45,865 nucleotides of DNA from Thermoplasmata archaeon (GTDB taxonomy: Archaea > Thermoplasmatota > Thermoplasmata > Lutacidiplasmatales > UBA184). Each line of letters opens with the position of its first letter. Position 1 is the stretch's first letter. The stretch spans positions 1 to 45,865 of the forward strand of contig JASHRQ010000144.1 of the NCBI GenBank assembly GCA_030037265.1, read 5' to 3'. The notes beneath the pieces were generated by a model. It was not told the DNA's origin. It saw nothing but the letters and a program-made list of their open reading frames with translations, and ran no database searches. The position numbers and the translations under genes are program-made. Of this stretch, positions 41,459 to 45,865 are shown piece by piece.

Positions 41459-44056
41459 GTGGCGCTCCCCCGCCCTCGCCGCGGGTCCCGACGTCGGTAC
41501 GCGGTCTTCCTCGCCGTGAGCGTCGCCCTGCTCGTCGGAGCGTCCGTCGTGCTCCAGGGCTCGCTCGCCCTCCTCGCCCCGGGCACGGGCGTCTGGACCG
41601 ACGCGGCGACGGCGAGCTGGGGGAACGAGACGATCGTCCTCCCGGCGCTGGAGCATCCGGTGACGGTGATCCGAGACGGTTCGGGGACGGTGCACATCTA
41701 CGCCCAGGACGACCCGGACCTGTTCTACGCCCAGGGATACACCCAGGCCTCGGACCGGCTGTTCCAGATGGAGGTCGAGAGCCTCTCGGCGCAAGGGAAC
41801 CTGTCGTCGTGGCTGGGACCGAGCGCCCTCGCCTCGGACGAGATGTACCGGTACCTCGGGGTCCCGCAGGCCGCCGCCGCGATGGCCGCCGGGGTCGCCG
41901 CCGAGGACCCCAGCGTCGCGCAGGACATGAACGCGTACGTGGCCGGCGTGAACGCCTACATCGACTGGGCCGAGGCCCACCACGCGCTGCCGCTCGCGTT
42001 CAAGGTGCTGGGGGTCCAGCCGTACCGCTGGAGCCTCTTTGCCTCGTTCTGCTTCGACCGGCTCATGGTGATCGGGCAGACCACGGGGTTCACGGAGCCC
42101 CTGTACGCGGCCGTCGAGGCCGCCGGGGTGGGCGACGCGGCGTTCAACCAGCTGTTCCCGATCTACCCCCAGTACTCCCAGAACTTCACCGTGCTGCCGG
42201 GCAACGGCACCGACAACGGGAACTCGCTCGCCGACGAGGGCATCTCGGCGAGCGACCTGTTCTCGCTCGACTGGTTCGGCTCGTGGGCGACCGGCCTGTC
42301 GGACGCGCTCAATGCGTCGCTCGTGCCGCTCTACCGCGACGCGATCGCCAACCTCTCGGACCCGTACCTCGCCGACCTCTCCCCGTCGTCCGGCGTCGGT
42401 AGCAACAGCTGGGTCGTCGCGGCCAACCACTCCTCGACCGGTACGCCGCTCCTCGCCAACGACCCGCACCTGCCGATCATGCTGCCCTCGCTCTGGGTGA
42501 GCACCCAGCTCGTGAGCCCGGACTTCGACGTGGAGGGCTGGTCGCTCGCGGGGCTGCTCGGCGTGCTGATCGGGCACAACGACCAGCTGGCGTGGGGACT
42601 CACGAACTCCGAGGGGGCGACGGCGCTCGACTACGTGGAGACGCTCCAGGGCGACAGCTACCTCCAGAACGGCACCTGGCACCCGCTCTCGTGGACGAAC
42701 GAGACGATCCGCGTCGCGGGCCGCGCACCGGTCGCCTTCGACCTCGCCTGGACCGACAACGGGCCGATCGTGGCGCGCGTCGGCGACTACGGCCTCAGCG
42801 TCCGGTGGGCGGGGACCGGCGCGACGTGGGAGGCGATCGCCGAGCTCGACTTCGACCGCGCCCAGAGCATCCCGCAGTTCTTCCAGGCCCTCGCGGACGA
42901 CTGGTCGATCCCGAACCTGAACGCCGTCGTCGCCCAGTCGAACGCCTCCGACCCGGCCGGCCACATCGCCTGGGTGGTCCCGGCCCGATTCCCGCTCGTC
43001 GCGGAGACGCTCCCCGACGGGCAGCACGTGGACGTCATCGGCTCGAGGGGGCCGCTGAACGGCTCGGGCGGCTACGAACCGGTCGGCACCGTCCCGTTCG
43101 ACCAGCTTCCTCAGGTCGCGGACCCGGCGCAGGGCTACCTGTTCGCGCCCAACCAGCCGACCGTCGGTCCGGAGTACGCCTACCCGTTCATCGGGAGCTG
43201 GTGGGACTCCGGCGGGCGCGCGCACACGATCGGCGTCTACCTCCAGAACCACACGACGATGTCGATGGCCTCGATGGAGGGGCTCCAGGCGAACGTGACG
43301 GACTCCTGGTCGCTGGCGCTCGCGCCGTCGCTACTCCAGACGCTCGAGGCGCTCGCCCCGGCGAGCCCCCTCGCCCAGGCGGCGGTGCCGTACCTCGAGG
43401 CGTTCAACGGCTCGTTCGACGTGGGCTCGGTCGCCGCGACGATCTACACCTACTGGTGGAACGCCCTCGTCACGGCGACGTACGACGCCCCGGTGAGCGC
43501 GCTCGGGATCTCGGGAGCGCCGAGCGCCTTCCCGAGCGCCTACGCCTGGCTCGCCACGAACGACCCCGACTCCTCCTGGTTCCCGGGAGGCTTTGCCCAC
43601 GCGTCGACCCTCGCCGCCCTCGCGGCGCTCGACCTCCTGGCCGCGCACCTGGGGATCGGCCCGACGCCCTCCGCGCCGAACGTGTCGGGATGGACCTGGG
43701 GGCGGGTCCACACCTTCGTCCTTCCGTCGCTCACCGGCGTGAGCTCGCTCGCCGCCGGGCCGTATCCGGAGTGGGGGGACAGCTACACGCCGAGCGTCGC
43801 GCCGTTCACGGACAACTCGACGTTCCCGCTGCAAGAGGTGGCGATCGGCTCGTCGCTGCGGTTCGTCACCGAACCGGGCCTGGGACCGTCCGTGGGCGTC
43901 CTCCCCGGGGGCGCGAGCGAGGACCCGGCGTCGGCGTACTATGACGACCTCCTGCCGCTCTGGCTCGACCACCAGTACGTCAGCATGACGATCGTGCCCA
44001 CCAGCGCGGGTCCGTTCCCCGAGGGGGTGGTGTCGACCTGGACGCTCCAGCCGTGA
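41459..44056 (+). CDS. Penicillin/AHL-acylase-family Ntn hydrolase, exported and sequon-rich
   Basis: 865 aa (GTG start). Signal/anchor 'SRRRYAVFLAVSVALLVGASVV'. 'FYAQGYTQASDRLFQME'. Nucleophile context 'GVGSNSWVVAANHS'. 'LLANDPHL'. About 16 N-x-S/T sequons. Confidence 0.9.
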   Translation: MALPRPRRGSRRRYAVFLAVSVALLVGASVVLQGSLALLAPGTGVWTDAATASWGNETIVLPALEHPVTVIRDGSGTVHIYAQDDPDLFYAQGYTQASDRLFQMEVESLSAQGNLSSWLGPSALASDEMYRYLGVPQAAAAMAAGVAAEDPSVAQDMNAYVAGVNAYIDWAEAHHALPLAFKVLGVQPYRWSLFASFCFDRLMVIGQTTGFTEPLYAAVEAAGVGDAAFNQLFPIYPQYSQNFTVLPGNGTDNGNSLADEGISASDLFSLDWFGSWATGLSDALNASLVPLYRDAIANLSDPYLADLSPSSGVGSNSWVVAANHSSTGTPLLANDPHLPIMLPSLWVSTQLVSPDFDVEGWSLAGLLGVLIGHNDQLAWGLTNSEGATALDYVETLQGDSYLQNGTWHPLSWTNETIRVAGRAPVAFDLAWTDNGPIVARVGDYGLSVRWAGTGATWEAIAELDFDRAQSIPQFFQALADDWSIPNLNAVVAQSNASDPAGHIAWVVPARFPLVAETLPDGQHVDVIGSRGPLNGSGGYEPVGTVPFDQLPQVADPAQGYLFAPNQPTVGPEYAYPFIGSWWDSGGRAHTIGVYLQNHTTMSMASMEGLQANVTDSWSLALAPSLLQTLEALAPASPLAQAAVPYLEAFNGSFDVGSVAATIYTYWWNALVTATYDAPVSALGISGAPSAFPSAYAWLATNDPDSSWFPGGFAHASTLAALAALDLLAAHLGIGPTPSAPNVSGWTWGRVHTFVLPSLTGVSSLAAGPYPEWGDSYTPSVAPFTDNSTFPLQEVAIGSSLRFVTEPGLGPSVGVLPGGASEDPASAYYDDLLPLWLDHQYVSMTIVPTSAGPFPEGVVSTWTLQP

Positions 44057-44466
44057 CGGAGCCGGGCCCTCGCCCGCGCCGCGGACCGCTCGTAGTCGCC
44101 GCCGGGGTCCTCGTCGCCGCCTCCGCGGCCGTGGCCTACCTGGTGGCGGCGTGGTGGTCCATCGTGCCGCTGGCCGCCGTGCTCGGAGGGCTCGCCGGCA
44201 TCGGGCTCCGATGGTATCTCGCCCCGGTCGTCGGGTTCCTGTCGGGCTTCGCGGGATGGGCGGTCCCGCTCCTGCTCCTCCCGGCGGAGCCTCGGACGAA
44301 GCTCGCCGACGTGCTCGGGGCGGCCGAGGGGCTCTCCGGCCCGTTCTTCCTGTGGCTGGGACCGCTGCTGATCGGCCTCCTCGGACTGCTGGCGGGCTGC
44401 GCGCTGTTCTGCGCCCTCCGGCTCGTCCGTCCCCCGACCGCACGCGAGGCGTCGACCCCCGCGTGA
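44053..44466 (+). CDS. Four-TM membrane protein translationally coupled to the acylase gene
   Basis: 137 aa. The GTG overlaps the acylase TGA (GTGA at 44053-44056). Four hydrophobic helices. No family recognised. Confidence 0.6.
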   Translation: MTEPGPRPRRGPLVVAAGVLVAASAAVAYLVAAWWSIVPLAAVLGGLAGIGLRWYLAPVVGFLSGFAGWAVPLLLLPAEPRTKLADVLGAAEGLSGPFFLWLGPLLIGLLGLLAGCALFCALRLVRPPTAREASTPA

Positions 44467-44501
44467 GGGCGGCGGGTCGCCGCTCCCGTGCCGTCGCGGG
44501 C

Positions 44502-44936
44502 CTAGTCCCGAACGATCAGCACCGGGCACTTCGCGTGGTGGACGACCGCGTCGGAAACGCTCCCGAGGAAGAACCGCTGGCCCGCGGAGAGGCCCCGCGC
44601 GCCCATCACCAGGAGGTCGACGGGGTGGTCCTCCAGGTACCGGAGGATCTCCTCGGCGACGAACCCGTCGAGCAGGACCGTCTCGATCGACTTCGCCCCG
44701 CCGGCCGACGCCCGCTTCTGGAGGTCGTCGAGCACCTGCCGATGGACCGCCACCTCCGCGTCATGGATGACCGGTACGGACGTCGCCGCCATCGGCGGCA
44801 TGACGTGGAGCGGCGCGACGCTGATCAAGGTCAGCGTGGCGCCGAGCGAGGCGGCGAGCGTGCCCGCGAGGTCGAGCGCCTTCTCCGCCGGTTTCGATCC
44901 GTCCACCGCCACCCCGATCCTCTTCACTGCGACCAT
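44502..44936 (-). CDS. Universal stress protein (UspA family)
   Basis: 144 aa. GGAGGAGGA RBS upstream. 'IGVAVDGS', 'DLLVMGARG', 'GSVSDAVVHHAKCPVLIV'. Confidence 0.9.
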   Translation of the reverse strand: MVAVKRIGVAVDGSKPAEKALDLAGTLAASLGATLTLISVAPLHVMPPMAATSVPVIHDAEVAVHRQVLDDLQKRASAGGAKSIETVLLDGFVAEEILRYLEDHPVDLLVMGARGLSAGQRFFLGSVSDAVVHHAKCPVLIVRD

Positions 44937-45101
44937 GATCCTCCTCCCGCGCGGGGTGGGTCCACCCCGATACCGCGGGACGAGCGGCGGGCTAATGAGG
45001 GCTCGCTATCCGGCACTTGACGCCGTCGGGGGCGGTGGCCCCTCCGCCGGTGAGCCGCGCCGGGTCAAGCTTATCGCCCCGCCGGTCAGGCGGCGCCCGT
45101 C

Positions 45102-45865
45102 ATGCCGGGTCCGCTCCGCATCGTGGTCGCGGTGAAGCACGGCATCGACGTCGCACTGACCCGCCCGGACCCCTCGACCGGCGCCATCTCCCTCGCGAAC
45201 GCCCCGCGAAAGACGAGCGACTTCGACCGCAATGCGGTCGAGGAAGCCGTACGGATCCGCGAGCGGTCGGGAGCGACGGTGACCGCCGTCTCGATCGGCG
45301 GGGCCGCGGCCCGGGAGGCGGTCCGCGATGCCCTCGCCATCGGGGCCGACGAGGGCGTGCTGATCGCCGTACCGGACGCGGGGACAACGGACTCCCGCCT
45401 GACCGCCCGGGCGGTGTCGGCGTTCCTCCGGGGGGCGGGATTCGACTTGCTGCTGCTCGGGGAGGGCAGCACCGACCACTTCTCCGGTACCGTGGGCCCC
45501 CGGGTGGCGGCCGAGCTCTCGATCCCGTCGGTCTGCCATGTCCGTCGGCTCGCCCTGGAACCTGGCTCGGTCGTCGCCGACCGGGACCTCGAGTCCGCGG
45601 TGGAGTCGGTCCGCGTGGGCCTCCCCGCGGTGGTCACGGTCGGGCAGGAGATCAACACCCCCCGGGCGCCCACCTTCCTCTCCACCCTCAAGGCGTCCAA
45701 GAAGGAGATCCGGCAGGTTCCGCTCACCGAGCTCCCGGGACTCCTCCCGACCCCGGCCCCGGCGGTCCGCATCGAACGGGCCTTCCAGCCCACGGTCCCA
45801 CGGAAGCAACGGGTCCTCTCCGGCGCCTCGCCCGACGCCCTCGCGACGGAGCTCCTGGAAGCGCT
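45102..45865 (+). CDS. etfB: Electron transfer flavoprotein beta subunit (partial, runs off the window)
   Basis: Not in the track because no stop is reached. My translation from ATG 45102 reads 'MPGPLRIVVAVKHGIDVAL...RKTSDFDRNAVEEAVRIRERSGATVTAVSIGG...DLLLLGEGSTDHFSGTVGPRVAAELSIP...PAVVTVGQEINTPR'. Confidence 0.85.
   Translation, partial: MPGPLRIVVAVKHGIDVALTRPDPSTGAISLANAPRKTSDFDRNAVEEAVRIRERSGATVTAVSIGGAAAREAVRDALAIGADEGVLIAVPDAGTTDSRLTARAVSAFLRGAGFDLLLLGEGSTDHFSGTVGPRVAAELSIPSVCHVRRLALEPGSVVADRDLESAVESVRVGLPAVVTVGQEINTPRAPTFLSTLKASKKEIRQVPLTELPGLLPTPAPAVRIERAFQPTVPRKQRVLSGASPDALATELLEA

Noticed and set aside
41363-43252. 629-aa antisense ORF opposite the acylase gene. Similar shadows occur at 3250..4788, 5877..7562, 7489..9030, 22843..24693 and 27434..29584.
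   Set aside because: All are antisense or out-of-frame to genes with strong family signatures. All have the same Arg/Pro/Gly/Asp-Glu junk composition.

Overview
Gene-dense, uniformly very GC-rich chromosomal segment (third codon positions are almost always G/C; I did not compute GC). I read it as archaeal. It encodes ABCE1/Rli1, the replication factor C large subunit and an MptA-type GTP cyclohydrolase. Many first genes carry an A/T-rich TATA-like octamer about 25-30 nt upstream of the start codon (leaderless layout), while operon-internal genes have GGAGG-type ribosome binding sites. About 45 CDS are supported.

The content is dominated by Fe-S and sulfur metabolism:
- A sufU-ferredoxin-B12 radical SAM-GNAT operon.
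- sufD, then sufC-sufS-sufB.
- A divergent Cys-bearing wHTH regulator followed by a CysM / JAMM / sulfur-carrier-E1 cluster.
- A DUF59 protein, two ferredoxins and ABCE1.

The rest comprises:
- A MacB-type ABC exporter.
- RFC-L and HtrA.
- A wHTH plus STAND-ATPase/TPR pair.
- Housekeeping and oxidoreductase genes: sarcosine-oxidase-like, DUF1684, OsmC, Acs, pirin-like, amidohydrolase, MFS, SDR, MBL, Usp, EtfB.
- A penicillin-acylase-family Ntn hydrolase.
- Several sequon-rich surface proteins.

I saw no rRNA, tRNA, CRISPR array, transposase/integrase or compositional island.

The most interesting object is an uninterrupted in-frame fusion of a CysO/MoaD-like ubiquitin-fold sulfur carrier (ending in Gly-Gly) to its own E1 adenylyltransferase plus rhodanese. 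It sits next to a JAMM peptidase and a CysM-type enzyme.

The ORF track renders GTG/TTG starts as M and contains many long Arg/Pro/Gly/Ala-rich shadow ORFs typical of high-GC DNA. CDS coordinates follow the track frames. Motif-level coordinates were indexed by hand and may be off by 1-2 nt.
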